DNA of 64,000 nt, taken from NCBI GenBank assembly GCA_964643765.1, contig CAZXTM010000008.1:30948-94947 (forward strand). Direction: 5' to 3'. The notes below the pieces were generated by a model. The model saw only the letters and a list, made by a program, of their open reading frames with translations, was not told the origin of the DNA and made no database searches. This DNA comes from an uncultured Bifidobacteriaceae bacterium (lineage in GTDB: Bacteria; Acidobacteriota; Vicinamibacteria; Vicinamibacterales; UBA2999). Position 1 is the first letter of the stretch. Each line of letters starts with the position of its first letter. The position numbers and the translations under genes were made by a program. Of the stretch, positions 43,977 to 53,421 are shown in pieces.

Positions 43977-45119
43977 TCAGCCCCGCGCCGTCGCGCGGGC
44001 CGCCACCAGCTCGGCAATGGCCGCCGCCGCCCGGTCGCTGGCCCCGGGGCCGCCGAGGGCCTCGCGCACCGCCGCCAGGTCGCGCACCATCTGCGCGCGA
44101 TAGTCGTGGTCGGTCAGGATGCGCAGGGCTTCGACGGCGGCCGCCTCGGCCCGGCACTCGTCCTGAATGAGCTCCCTGACAATGCGGCGCCTGGAAATCA
44201 GGTTGACCATGGCGTACATGTCGACCCGCCCGAGGGGCTTGAAGAGGCGATAGGTCAGGGCCGAGAGCCGGTACAGCACCACCATCGGGGCACCGTGGAT
44301 GGCGGCCTGCACGGTGGCCGTGCCCGAGGCCGTCAGCACCACGTCGCACGCCGCCAGTACATCGTCCGTGCGGTCGGCCACCACGAGGGTGCCGGGGTCG
44401 GCGGTGAGCGGGGCCAGCCAGGCATCTGTCACATGGGGGGCCCGCGCCACGACGAACCGTGCCGAGGGCCGCTGCTGCCGGATGCGATCGCGGGCCTCGG
44501 CCAGGACCGGGGCTAGCGCCTTCAGTTCATTCCCCCGGCTGCCCGGCAGCAGGGCCACCAGCGCCTGGTCGGGACCGAGGCCCCACTCGGCGCGCAGCGC
44601 CTCGCGCGGTGCCGTGGTCTTCGTTAGTTCCAGCAGCGGATGCCCGACGAACCGCACGTCGACGCCGGCCTCGCGATAGAGGGCCTCTTCGAACGGAAAG
44701 ATGGGCAGCACCCGGTCGACGACCTCCTGCATGGTGCGCATGCGCCCGGCACGCCACGCCCACAGCTGCGGGCTGATGTAGTAGACGACCGGAATGCCGA
44801 GCGCCTTGACCGCCTGCATCAGGCGGAAGTTGAAGTCGGGATAGTCGATGACGACGAGGACGTCGGGACGACGGTCGCGTGCCGCGTCCACCAGTGTGCG
44901 CAGCGTGCGAAGGAGGCGCGGCAGCGCGGTGACCACCTCGGTCAGGCCCGTGACCGCCAGCCCCCGATAGTCGACCAGCAGTTCCGCACCGGCCTCGGCC
45001 ATGTGCGCCCCGCCCATACCGAACACCTCGACCGACGGGTCGGCGCGTCGCAGGGCGCGCACGAGTGCGCCGGCGTAGAGGTCGGCGGAGGGCTCGCCGC
45101 ACGAGAGCAGAATCCTCAC
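43977..45119 (-). CDS. lpxB: lipid-A-disaccharide synthase
   Basis: GTG start in a GTGA overlap with the upstream stop. MRILLSCGEPSADLYAGALVRAL, ...VIDYPDFNF.L......GIPVVYYISPQ.WAWR. Confidence 0.85.
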   Translation of the reverse strand: MRILLSCGEPSADLYAGALVRALRRADPSVEVFGMGGAHMAEAGAELLVDYRGLAVTGLTEVVTALPRLLRTLRTLVDAARDRRPDVLVVIDYPDFNFRLMQAVKALGIPVVYYISPQLWAWRAGRMRTMQEVVDRVLPIFPFEEALYREAGVDVRFVGHPLLELTKTTAPREALRAEWGLGPDQALVALLPGSRGNELKALAPVLAEARDRIRQQRPSARFVVARAPHVTDAWLAPLTADPGTLVVADRTDDVLAACDVVLTASGTATVQAAIHGAPMVVLYRLSALTYRLFKPLGRVDMYAMVNLISRRRIVRELIQDECRAEAAAVEALRILTDHDYRAQMVRDLAAVREALGGPGASDRAAAAIAELVAARATARG

Positions 45120-46573
45120 GGCTTCAGGAAGTCAGCCGACAGCAGGTCGAGGCGGTCGATCGGCACGCGCTCGACCAGCGGGAACCCCGCGCCCTTGAGC
45201 CGATCGATGAACGCCGAGGCATTGCCCACCAGCACCACCGACAGCTGGTCGGGGCGGACGAACCAGCGGGCAATCCGCTGAATCTCCTCGGGTGAGACAC
45301 CCTCGATGCGTTCACGGAACTTCGGCAACGAATCGACCGGCAGCTCGTAGAACAGCATGTTGAGCACCTGGGTCGCCAGCTGGTCGGGCGTCTCGATGCT
45401 GAGCGGATAGCTGCCCACGGCGTAGGCCTGCGCGGCCTCGAGCTCGTTCTCGCCCACCTTCTCGCGCTGCAGGCGGGCGAACTCGTCGACCATCAGCCGC
45501 AGCGCCTCAACGGTGTTGGGCGTCTGCGTGTTGGTCTGCGCGATGATGGCGCCCGACCACTTGTAGGTATTGAGGTCGGCCGACGCGCCGTAGGTGAGCT
45601 GCCGGCTGCTGCGCAGCACGCCCTGCAGCCGGTTGCCCCCTTCGCCGCCGAGGATCTTCACCGACTGGCTGACGGCCTCGAAGTCGTCGTGCTTGCGTGG
45701 AATGCCCAGGTGGCCCACGCGAATCTCGGTCTGCACGGCATCGGGACGGTCGATCACCACGACACGCCGGGTGGGCTGTGGGGGATCGACCGGCGCAAAC
45801 GGCGGCACCTCGCCCCGGGCCCAGTCGCCGAAGTGCTGTTCCACCCCCTTGAGCGCCTCGGCCGAGGTGATGTCACCGACCACGGCCAGCAGCGCGTTGT
45901 TCGGCACGAAGTGCTGCCGGTGGAAAGCCACGAAGTCGTCGCGGGTCAGCCCCCTGATCGTGTCGGCGGTGCCCGAACCCGGCATGCCGTACGGGTGGAA
46001 GCCGAAGATCAGCCGCTCGATGACCAGGTCGGCCACCGATTCGGGATCGTCCGCGGCGACCTTCAGCGCCGACAGGGCCTGCTGGCGCTGCCGCTCGATT
46101 TCGGCGGGCACAAACGACGGGCGCCGTGCCACGTCGGCCATGATGGCGAGCCCGTTCAGGTAGTCGTCCTTCATGACGACCGTGTTCACGAAGCTCAGGT
46201 CGGTGCCGGCCCCGGTGCCCAGCGCGGCCCCCATGAAGTCGACTTCCTCGGCCAGCTGCTGCGCCGACCGTGCCCCGGCCCCCTGATCGAGCAGGGCGGC
46301 GGTGAGCATGGCCAGCCCGAGCTTGCCCTTCGGATCCTGCGCCGACCCGGCGCGCACGATCATCCGCATGCTGATGGCCGGCTGCTCGTTCTGGCTCACG
46401 ACGACGACGGTCAGACCGTTGGGCAGCGTCTTCACCTCGAAGGGGGGAAACACCATCGGGCGGGCCGCAAGGGGCCGCGGCGGAAACTCACGGGGCCACT
46501 GCTGTGCCGTCTGCGCGACGGCGGCCGTCGTGGCGACTGCCAGCACCAGCGCCGCGAAGGTGAAGACTCTCAT
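45116..46573 (-). CDS. M16-family peptidase-like protein lacking the HxxEH motif (probable non-catalytic partner subunit), secreted
   Basis: Signal peptide MRVFTFAALVLAVATTAAVAQ. M16 fold features are present (LPNGLTVVVV...), but LGLAMLTAALLDQG occupies the position of HxxEH. ATGA overlap with the upstream M16 gene. Confidence 0.75.
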   Translation of the reverse strand: MRVFTFAALVLAVATTAAVAQTAQQWPREFPPRPLAARPMVFPPFEVKTLPNGLTVVVVSQNEQPAISMRMIVRAGSAQDPKGKLGLAMLTAALLDQGAGARSAQQLAEEVDFMGAALGTGAGTDLSFVNTVVMKDDYLNGLAIMADVARRPSFVPAEIERQRQQALSALKVAADDPESVADLVIERLIFGFHPYGMPGSGTADTIRGLTRDDFVAFHRQHFVPNNALLAVVGDITSAEALKGVEQHFGDWARGEVPPFAPVDPPQPTRRVVVIDRPDAVQTEIRVGHLGIPRKHDDFEAVSQSVKILGGEGGNRLQGVLRSSRQLTYGASADLNTYKWSGAIIAQTNTQTPNTVEALRLMVDEFARLQREKVGENELEAAQAYAVGSYPLSIETPDQLATQVLNMLFYELPVDSLPKFRERIEGVSPEEIQRIARWFVRPDQLSVVLVGNASAFIDRLKGAGFPLVERVPIDRLDLLSADFLKP

Positions 46574-47913
46574 TCCACGCCTCCCTTCGGCATGATGTGG
46601 ATGACCACGCGCGACTGCGGCGTGAAGTAGGTGCCGGCCACGCGCTTCACCTCGGCCTGCGTGATGTTCTGGAAGATGTCGAACTCGCCATCGGCCGTGG
46701 TGATGTCGGCATGCAGCACCTCGGCATGGGCCAGGTGGGTCGCCTTCTGCTGCACCGTCTCGCGGCCCAGGATGTAGTCGCGGGCAAACTGGTTCTTCGA
46801 GCGCTGCAGCTCGCGGGTCGTCACGCCCTCGGCCTTCATGCGCTCGAGCTCGGCAATGAGGGCTTTCTCGACCGCCTCGGGCGACTGCCCGGGGTTCACG
46901 ATCGCCGCCGCATAGAACAGGTTGGGGTGCTCAATCAGGTTGGCCTGCCCGAAGGCCGTCAGCGCCAGCCCCGATTCGTAGACCAGCTTCTGGTAGATGC
47001 GCGAGCTCTGTCCGTCGGACAGCACCTTCGCCGCAATGTGCAGGGGATAGGCATCGGGATGCCCGTCGTAGGTGATGTGGTGCGCCACCACCACGGCAGG
47101 CAGCGGCACGTTTTCGGACACCACGACGCGCTTCTCGGCCTTCTGGGGCGGTTCACGGGGAATGTCACGGGGCACGGCGCGCTCGGCCTTCGGCACGCGC
47201 CCCAGGTACTGGCGCACCAGGCCCTCGGCCTCGGCCAGGTCGAAGTCTCCCGCAATGACGACGGTCACATTCGACGGCACGTAGTAGGTGGCGTAGAAGT
47301 CGCGCACATCCTCGAGCGTGGCGGCGTTCAGATCTTCCATGCTGCCGATCACCGGATGCCGGTAGGGATGCGTCGTGAACGCCTGCTCGTAGATGATTTC
47401 GTTCAGCCGTCCATACGGCTGGTTCTCGATGCGCATCCGCCGCTCTTCCTTCACCACTTCGCGCTCGCGCACGAAGGTCTCCTGGTCGATCCGGAGCGTG
47501 GCGAGGCGGTCGGACTCCATCCAGAGCACAAGCGGCAGGTACTGCGAGGGCACCGTCTGCCAGAAGACCGTCGTGTCTTCCGTGGTGTAGGCATTCGCCT
47601 GCCCGCCCACCGAGGCGACGATCGAGGTGTGCTGCTCGGGCTCGACGTTGCGTGATCCCTTGAACATCAGGTGCTCGAAGAAGTGCGCAAAGCCGGTGCG
47701 CCCCGGGCGCTCGTCCTTCGACCCTACGTGATACCAGAGCTGCACGTTGACGATGGGCGTTGACCGATCCTGGTGCAGGATCGCGGTGAGGCCATTCGGC
47801 AGCTGAATCCGCTGGTACGCGAACTTCGGTGGCCGCGCCGCCGCCGTCAGCACCCCCGTGGCCAGGCTCACCACGGCCACCAGCACCACACTCCAGCGCG
47901 ACATCCGTGTCAT
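46570..47913 (-). CDS. M16-family zinc peptidase with intact HxxEH motif, secreted
   Basis: LPNGLTAILHQD...GSKDERPGRTGFAHFFEHLMFKGS (HFFEH). N-terminal signal-like segment. Confidence 0.8.
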   Translation of the reverse strand: MTRMSRWSVVLVAVVSLATGVLTAAARPPKFAYQRIQLPNGLTAILHQDRSTPIVNVQLWYHVGSKDERPGRTGFAHFFEHLMFKGSRNVEPEQHTSIVASVGGQANAYTTEDTTVFWQTVPSQYLPLVLWMESDRLATLRIDQETFVREREVVKEERRMRIENQPYGRLNEIIYEQAFTTHPYRHPVIGSMEDLNAATLEDVRDFYATYYVPSNVTVVIAGDFDLAEAEGLVRQYLGRVPKAERAVPRDIPREPPQKAEKRVVVSENVPLPAVVVAHHITYDGHPDAYPLHIAAKVLSDGQSSRIYQKLVYESGLALTAFGQANLIEHPNLFYAAAIVNPGQSPEAVEKALIAELERMKAEGVTTRELQRSKNQFARDYILGRETVQQKATHLAHAEVLHADITTADGEFDIFQNITQAEVKRVAGTYFTPQSRVVIHIMPKGGVE

Positions 47914-47933
47914 GCGTGTTCCCCCGTCTGTAC

Positions 47934-48968
47934 TTACTCGTTGGACGTGTCAGGCGGCGCCAGCGTCTCAAGGCGCCGCTCGAGCTGCCGCACCCGCTCG
48001 CGCAGCTCGGGCAGTCGGCGGACCAGCACCGAGGTCTTGCGCCACTCGAGATTGGGCAGGGCCGGATAGCCCGAGACAAAGCCGTCGGGGCCGATCGAGT
48101 TGGTGATGCCCGTCTTTGCGGAGGCCTTCACGCGGTCGCCGAGCCTCAGGTGCCCCGCGACGCCCACCTGCCCCCCCAGCATCACCTGCGCGCCAAGCTT
48201 GCTGCTGCCCGCAATGCCCACCTGCGCCGCCAGCAGCGTGCCCGGCCCCACGACTACGCCGTGGGCAATCTGCACCAGGTTGTCGATCTTCGCGCCGGCG
48301 CAGATGCGGGTCTCACCCACCGCCGGTCGGTCGATGGCCGTCTGCGCCCCGATCTCGACATCGTCCTCGATCACCACCGGCCCGCGCTGCGGAATCTTCA
48401 CGTGCTCGCCAGTGCGTGAGGTGGCAAAGCCGAAGCCGTCGCTGCCAATGACCGCGCCGTTCTGCACGACGCAGCGTGCGCCCAGGCGGCAGCCCTCGCG
48501 CACCGAGACATGCGCATGCAGCCACGAGTCGTCGCCAATCACGGTGCCCGCGCCGACGACCACATGCGGGCCCAGCACCACCCGGGCCCCGATGCGGGCA
48601 CGCGAGTCGACGACCGCGTAGGGGCCAATCGACGCAGACGCATCAACCTCGGCGTCCTCCGCGATGACGGCCGTCGGGTGCACACCGGCCGAAGGGCGCA
48701 CGGGCGGGTTCAGCAGCGTCAGCGCGCGCGCCAGGGCCACGTGGGGTTCCTCGCTGCGCAGCAGGGCGCACGGGGCGTCCTGGACGTCGGCGCCGACAAT
48801 GGCGGCCGAGGCGCGCGTCGAGGCCAGCTGGTGCGCATAGCGCGGATTGGTCAGGAATGTCAGGTCGCCCGGCCCCGCCTGGTCGAGCGTGGCCACGCCG
48901 CGGATGAGGACCGCGCCATCGCCGTCCAGGTGGCACCCGAGCGCCGTCGCAAGCGCTGCGAGGGTCAC
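47934..48968 (-). CDS. lpxD: UDP-3-O-acylglucosamine N-acyltransferase
   Basis: Track ORF 47934..49283 trimmed to GTG 48968, 13 nt after the upstream stop. VTLAALATALG......IRGVATLD.AGPGDLTFL.NP.Y is followed by left-handed beta-helix hexapeptide repeats. Confidence 0.85.
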   Translation of the reverse strand: MTLAALATALGCHLDGDGAVLIRGVATLDQAGPGDLTFLTNPRYAHQLASTRASAAIVGADVQDAPCALLRSEEPHVALARALTLLNPPVRPSAGVHPTAVIAEDAEVDASASIGPYAVVDSRARIGARVVLGPHVVVGAGTVIGDDSWLHAHVSVREGCRLGARCVVQNGAVIGSDGFGFATSRTGEHVKIPQRGPVVIEDDVEIGAQTAIDRPAVGETRICAGAKIDNLVQIAHGVVVGPGTLLAAQVGIAGSSKLGAQVMLGGQVGVAGHLRLGDRVKASAKTGITNSIGPDGFVSGYPALPNLEWRKTSVLVRRLPELRERVRQLERRLETLAPPDTSNE

Positions 48969-48981
48969 GCTTCGCAGAATA

Positions 48982-49659
48982 TCACGCGGTCGGGGGCACG
49001 ACCCGGTCGAGGAAGAGGGCCAGGCGCTGCAACGGCAGGCGTGACGCCACCGCGTCGCGCGCCCCTGCGGGAGCGCCCGGGCGCAGGGCCTCGGCCAGCG
49101 TATCGAGGACGCCATCGGCCACGGGCACCCAGTCCACGCCGCGAAGACCATGGCTCGCCCCGAGGAAGGCCAGGGCATGCCCGACCGCGGTGAACGTGAA
49201 GACGTAGCCCAGGACGTTGGGGCCGGGGATGACCGCCACCGGAGCTGAGAGCAGCAGCACCAGGCCGTGCAGCACGGTGCCACGCAGATGACGCGCCCGG
49301 TCGCGGGTCAGTTCCTCGCGCATGGCCTGCTGCGCGGCCTCAGGCGCGTCGCCGGCCGGGTGATGCAGGCGCACCAGCGGCTGCCCCCGCAGGTGCCACA
49401 GCAGGCGCTGCTCGACGATGAGGCTGGCCAGCCACGAGACGATGCGCCGTTCGAGCCGCCCGGTCCATCGGCGCGGCGGTGCGACCGTGCGCGCCTCGTG
49501 CGCCCGACGCTCGAGGTCGTGCAGCGTCGCCGTGAACCGGGTGCGCACGCGGGCGAACCAGCCGCGCGTGTCAGCGTCGGCCGCCGGCACCTCGTCGACG
49601 GCGGGTTCGAAATACGGCTCGCGTCGGCCGTCGGGCAGCGGAATCAGGTAGACAGTCAC
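48982..49659 (-). CDS. hypothetical membrane protein (225 aa), no family recognised
   Basis: Track ORF. Hydrophobic segments are LHGLVLLLSAPVAVIPGPNVLGYVFTFTAVGHALAFLGA. It is tightly packed between the S1/P1-like gene (3-nt gap) and lpxD (13-nt gap). Confidence 0.5.
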   Translation of the reverse strand: MTVYLIPLPDGRREPYFEPAVDEVPAADADTRGWFARVRTRFTATLHDLERRAHEARTVAPPRRWTGRLERRIVSWLASLIVEQRLLWHLRGQPLVRLHHPAGDAPEAAQQAMREELTRDRARHLRGTVLHGLVLLLSAPVAVIPGPNVLGYVFTFTAVGHALAFLGASHGLRGVDWVPVADGVLDTLAEALRPGAPAGARDAVASRLPLQRLALFLDRVVPPTA

Positions 49660-49662
49660 CTG

Positions 49663-50547
49663 TCAGGGGCGGGGCACGCGCCGGGGACTGCGGGGAAACT
49701 CGGTCGGCACGGCCGGCCGCCCGGCTGCCTCCCACGCCCCGATGATGACCGCGGCCACCGCCGTGGTGGAATCGAGCACGCGCTGGTTCAGCACGCGCCA
49801 CTGCGCGGTCCTGAACGCCGCATAGTAGGCATCGTCGTAGAACTCGCGCCCGGCTGATGCCGCCTTGTCCGCCGCCAGCAGGTCAGGCATGAAGCGGCCC
49901 GAAGACAGCAGCACGTCGAACATGAAGTCGCGCGGATTGGCGACCGGCACGGGTCGGGCCGGTGTGCCAGACAGGTCGCTCCGGAAGCGCTCGAAGAGGT
50001 CGCTCTCCCACCGCGCATGCAGGCCCCGCTGGTTGGTGAGCTGGCCGTCATAGTTCACGACGGCATGCAGCGGCACGTGACCGTCCGACACATAGTGCGC
50101 CAGGATGGCGCTGTAGTACGCGATGTTGTCGAGCGTGTAGGGCGAGGGATTCGGCCGCTTCAGGGCCTCGAACGACCGCTGCAGGTGCCCGTAGAACTCC
50201 TGCACGCGCCACGGCAGCAGGCCCTGCTCGTGGATGAACTCCTTACCGAACTTCTGGACCGCCGAGGCGTAGTCGCGCGGCAGCCCCTCGTGGGGATAGG
50301 GGCCGAACGCCTGATGGTCGAGGTCGAGGAAATGATTCGGCGGCTCGCTCTCGAAGCCTGCGGTGCGCCACATGTCCGGGTCGACCGACCGATCGACAAT
50401 CAGGGTCCGGTGCTTTTCGAACAGCGGCCGCAGTTCGGGCGGCAGCAGCGCAATCATCTGGCCGGCGATGTGTTTGTGGGCCTCGAACCCCCAGGCCCAC
50501 GACGTCGTGGGCAGGGTCAGGCAGATGAGCAGCAGGAGCGCGCGCAT
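49663..50547 (-). CDS. S1/P1 nuclease-like (zinc-dependent phospholipase C/P1 nuclease superfamily) protein, secreted
   Basis: Trimmed to MRALLLLICLTLPTTSWA. The mature N-terminus WGFEAHKHIA resembles the WGxxGH start of S1/P1 nucleases. HYVSDGHVPLHAV resembles H(F/Y)xGDxHQPLH, and HARWESDL resembles LHxxWD. Confidence 0.65.
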   Translation of the reverse strand: MRALLLLICLTLPTTSWAWGFEAHKHIAGQMIALLPPELRPLFEKHRTLIVDRSVDPDMWRTAGFESEPPNHFLDLDHQAFGPYPHEGLPRDYASAVQKFGKEFIHEQGLLPWRVQEFYGHLQRSFEALKRPNPSPYTLDNIAYYSAILAHYVSDGHVPLHAVVNYDGQLTNQRGLHARWESDLFERFRSDLSGTPARPVPVANPRDFMFDVLLSSGRFMPDLLAADKAASAGREFYDDAYYAAFRTAQWRVLNQRVLDSTTAVAAVIIGAWEAAGRPAVPTEFPRSPRRVPRP

Positions 50548-50570
50548 GCCTTCGATTGTAGCGGAGCCGG

Positions 50571-51509
50571 TCAGGGGGCGGGAGCGTCGACGGTCACCTG
50601 CATGCCGGCCCAACCCACACGCCCGCCGCTGTCGGAATACCGGTAGTCATTCAGAAAAAACCGGCGCGTCGGTGCCTCGGGGTCGGGCACGAGGAACGGG
50701 AACCGGGACCACGACAGGAAGGCGCGGGCGGTTGGCGTGGCGAGCACACGCTCGGCCTCGGGCCGCGCCAGGCCGATATCGACGCCGAAGCCTGCGGGCC
50801 TGAAGCGCGGCCGCGGGTCGAACTGCAGGGTCCCCTTCTCATAGCGCGATCCCTGCACCAGCACCACTTCCCGGCGGAACGGATTGACGACCACGGGGGT
50901 CACCATGAACGTCGTCGACGCTGGCAAGCCCGCGCGCACCAGCCCGCGCGCGACCTCCTGCCGGGCCCACTGATTTGCCCCCCACATCGCGAGGCAGTAC
51001 ACCACCGCGAGGGCGAGGCCGGCCTGCACGGGCCGCGCCGCGTGCCGATGCTGGCGCCGGCTCAGCCAGTGCGACCACCACAGGCCGCCCCCGAGCAGCA
51101 GATACATCCAGGGGTCGACGATATAGAGCGCGTCGCCGTAGAACCAGCGGGATGAGAACGGCATCAGCAGCCGGATGCCGTAGCTGTTCAGATAATCGAG
51201 GCCCACGTGTGAGTAGACACCCGCGAACGACAGCAGCAGCCAGTCGCGCCAGGCCATCGCCTGTCCCCGCCTTTGGGCCCACCAGCCCGTCGCGAGCGTC
51301 AGCAGCACGGGCAGCAAGAGTTGCGCGAGCACGCCGTGCGTCCACCCGCGACGGAACGACACCGGCAGCGTGTCCGTGAGGAACACGGCGACGTCAATGT
51401 CCGGCAGGTTGGCGGCAATCATGAGCACGCCCATCGCATAGGGCGTGCGTCTGGCCAGCCCGGCCCGGCCCATGGCCGCGCCGGCCAGCGTGTGACACAG
51501 GTTATCCAC
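50571..51509 (-). CDS. membrane-bound metal-dependent hydrolase (YdjM/YbcI, DUF457-like)
   Basis: MDNLCHTLAGAAMGRAGL........MGVLMIAANLPDIDV...R.G.THG is the family N-terminus. Several TM segments. Confidence 0.7.
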   Translation of the reverse strand: MDNLCHTLAGAAMGRAGLARRTPYAMGVLMIAANLPDIDVAVFLTDTLPVSFRRGWTHGVLAQLLLPVLLTLATGWWAQRRGQAMAWRDWLLLSFAGVYSHVGLDYLNSYGIRLLMPFSSRWFYGDALYIVDPWMYLLLGGGLWWSHWLSRRQHRHAARPVQAGLALAVVYCLAMWGANQWARQEVARGLVRAGLPASTTFMVTPVVVNPFRREVVLVQGSRYEKGTLQFDPRPRFRPAGFGVDIGLARPEAERVLATPTARAFLSWSRFPFLVPDPEAPTRRFFLNDYRYSDSGGRVGWAGMQVTVDAPAP

Positions 51510-51529
51510 GCGCGGTCCTCACTCGACCG

Positions 51530-53242
51530 TCATGCCCGCTTCACAGACATGGCATCCGACCGCAGGTCCTTGCGCAGCACCTTGCCGACGTTCGACTTCG
51601 GCAGTTCGTCCCGGAAGACGACGATCTTCGGCACCTTGTAGCCCGTCAGGGTCTCGCGGCAGTGTGCGCGAATGTCCTCGTCGGTGAGCGACGCGTCCTT
51701 CCGCACGACGTAGGCGACCACCCACTCGCCGGTGTCCTGGTCAGGCACACCGACCACGGCGCAGTCGATGACACCCGGGTGCGACGCGATGGCAGCTTCG
51801 ACTTCGTTGGGATACACGTTGAAGCCGCTGACGAGGATCATGTCCTTCTTGCGATCGACGATGAAGAAGTAGCCCTCGTCGTCCATCTGGGCCACGTCAC
51901 CCGTGTGGAACCAGCCATCGCGGAGGGCCTGCGCCGTTTCCTCTGGCTTTTCCCAATAGCCTTTCATCACCTGCGGGCCGCGCACCACCACCTCACCCGG
52001 CGTCCCGACCGGCACATCCTGGCCGGCATCGTCCACGAGTCGGACGTCGGTGCCCGGCACGGGGATGCCAATCGACCCGCGTCTGGGCCGGTGAAACGGC
52101 AGCAGCGTCACCACGGGCGATGTCTCGGTGAGTCCGTAGCCCTGATAGATGGGCGTGCGGGTCACCTGCTCCCACCGGTCGGCGACGGCCGGCACGAGCG
52201 CCATGCCCCCGGCCACAGACCCGGTGAAGCCCCACTCCTTGCGCGCCGTGAACCAGTCCTCGTGCATGAGCGCGGCAAACAGCGTATTGACACCGGTGAA
52301 CCACGTGAAGCGCTCGCGCTCGAGCAGCACGCGCAGGTTCGACAGCGGCCGCGGACTCGGTGAGAGCACGTTGCGCCCGCCGATCACCCAGAACAGCATG
52401 AGGTTCGCGGTGAACGCGAAGATGTGGTACAGCGGCAGCGCCGTCAGGATGGCATCGCCCGCAGGCAGCAGCCACGGCCGCCACACCTGGAGGCACTGCT
52501 CGATGTTGGCGAGCAGATTGCCGTGGGTCAGCATGGCGCCCTTGGCCACCCCGGTCGTGCCGCCGGTGTACTGCAGAGCGGCCAGGCTGTCATGCGTCAG
52601 CGTGCGGGCATACGCCGTCGGGTCGACGCCCGCCGCGATGCGCTGCCGCCCCTGGGCGACGGCATCCGTGAAGGCATCGTGCGGAAACGTCACGGCCGGA
52701 ATCATCTTGCGCACGTACTTCTGGACGCCCCACACCAGCCAGCGCTTCACCGTCGGCAGCAGGTCGCTCAGGCTCACGACGACAACCCGGCGGATGCGCG
52801 TGGCCGGCAGCACCTCGGCGACCCGATCGGCAAAGAGGTCGATCGTGACCAGTCCGGTGGCCCCGCTGTCGACAAACTGCTTGGTCATCTCGGGCGCCGT
52901 GTAGAGGGGGTTGGTGTTCACCATCACCACCCCGGCCTTCAGCGCCCCGAACACCACCACCGGATAGGCGAGGCAGTTGGGCATCTGGATGGCGATTCGA
53001 TCACCGGCCGTGAATCCGGCGACATCCCGCAGGTAGACGGCGAAGGCGTCCGAGAGGGCATCGACCTGCTCGAAGGTCAGCCCGCCCTGCACACCGTTGG
53101 GCAGGCCGAGGGCGCACGCCTCGCGGGTGCGGAACCGTACGGCCGCCTCGCGGATGAGGGCCGGCAGATGAGGATGGGGTCGCGGCGGCAGGTCCGGTGC
53201 CGTCTGCGCGTGGTAGATGGCGGTCCAGGGACGGGCGTGCAT
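51530..53242 (-). CDS. fadD: long-chain-fatty-acid--CoA ligase (AMP-binding superfamily)
   Basis: LQYTGGTTGVAKGAMLTHGNL, GYGLTETSP, GWFHTGDV and PKSNVGKVLRKDL are present. Confidence 0.88.
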   Translation of the reverse strand: MHARPWTAIYHAQTAPDLPPRPHPHLPALIREAAVRFRTREACALGLPNGVQGGLTFEQVDALSDAFAVYLRDVAGFTAGDRIAIQMPNCLAYPVVVFGALKAGVVMVNTNPLYTAPEMTKQFVDSGATGLVTIDLFADRVAEVLPATRIRRVVVVSLSDLLPTVKRWLVWGVQKYVRKMIPAVTFPHDAFTDAVAQGRQRIAAGVDPTAYARTLTHDSLAALQYTGGTTGVAKGAMLTHGNLLANIEQCLQVWRPWLLPAGDAILTALPLYHIFAFTANLMLFWVIGGRNVLSPSPRPLSNLRVLLERERFTWFTGVNTLFAALMHEDWFTARKEWGFTGSVAGGMALVPAVADRWEQVTRTPIYQGYGLTETSPVVTLLPFHRPRRGSIGIPVPGTDVRLVDDAGQDVPVGTPGEVVVRGPQVMKGYWEKPEETAQALRDGWFHTGDVAQMDDEGYFFIVDRKKDMILVSGFNVYPNEVEAAIASHPGVIDCAVVGVPDQDTGEWVVAYVVRKDASLTDEDIRAHCRETLTGYKVPKIVVFRDELPKSNVGKVLRKDLRSDAMSVKRA

Positions 53243-53393
53243 GGCGCCTTACACCTTACCCGCACGTCGAGACGATCCGGGAAGTTTTTACAAACGCACC
53301 GGCGGGTCCAGAACGGCGCGGGCGCGGCTCAATGCCTCTTCGCCTGCACGACTGACGATAAATCATGATCAAAATGCAAAACATCAACCAAAA

Positions 53394-53421
53394 ACGGCAC
53401 TCAATAGGCCTCTGTATTGCA
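53394..53421 (+). promoter_or_regulatory. two phased sigma-54-like GG-N10-GC elements upstream of glnN
   Basis: The first element is CGGCAC-N5-AGGC (GG 53396-97, GC 53408-09). The second is AGGCCT-N5-TTGCA (GG 53407-08, GC 53419-20). The consensus is TGGCAC-N5-TTGCW. Neither element matches both halves well. Confidence 0.25.
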
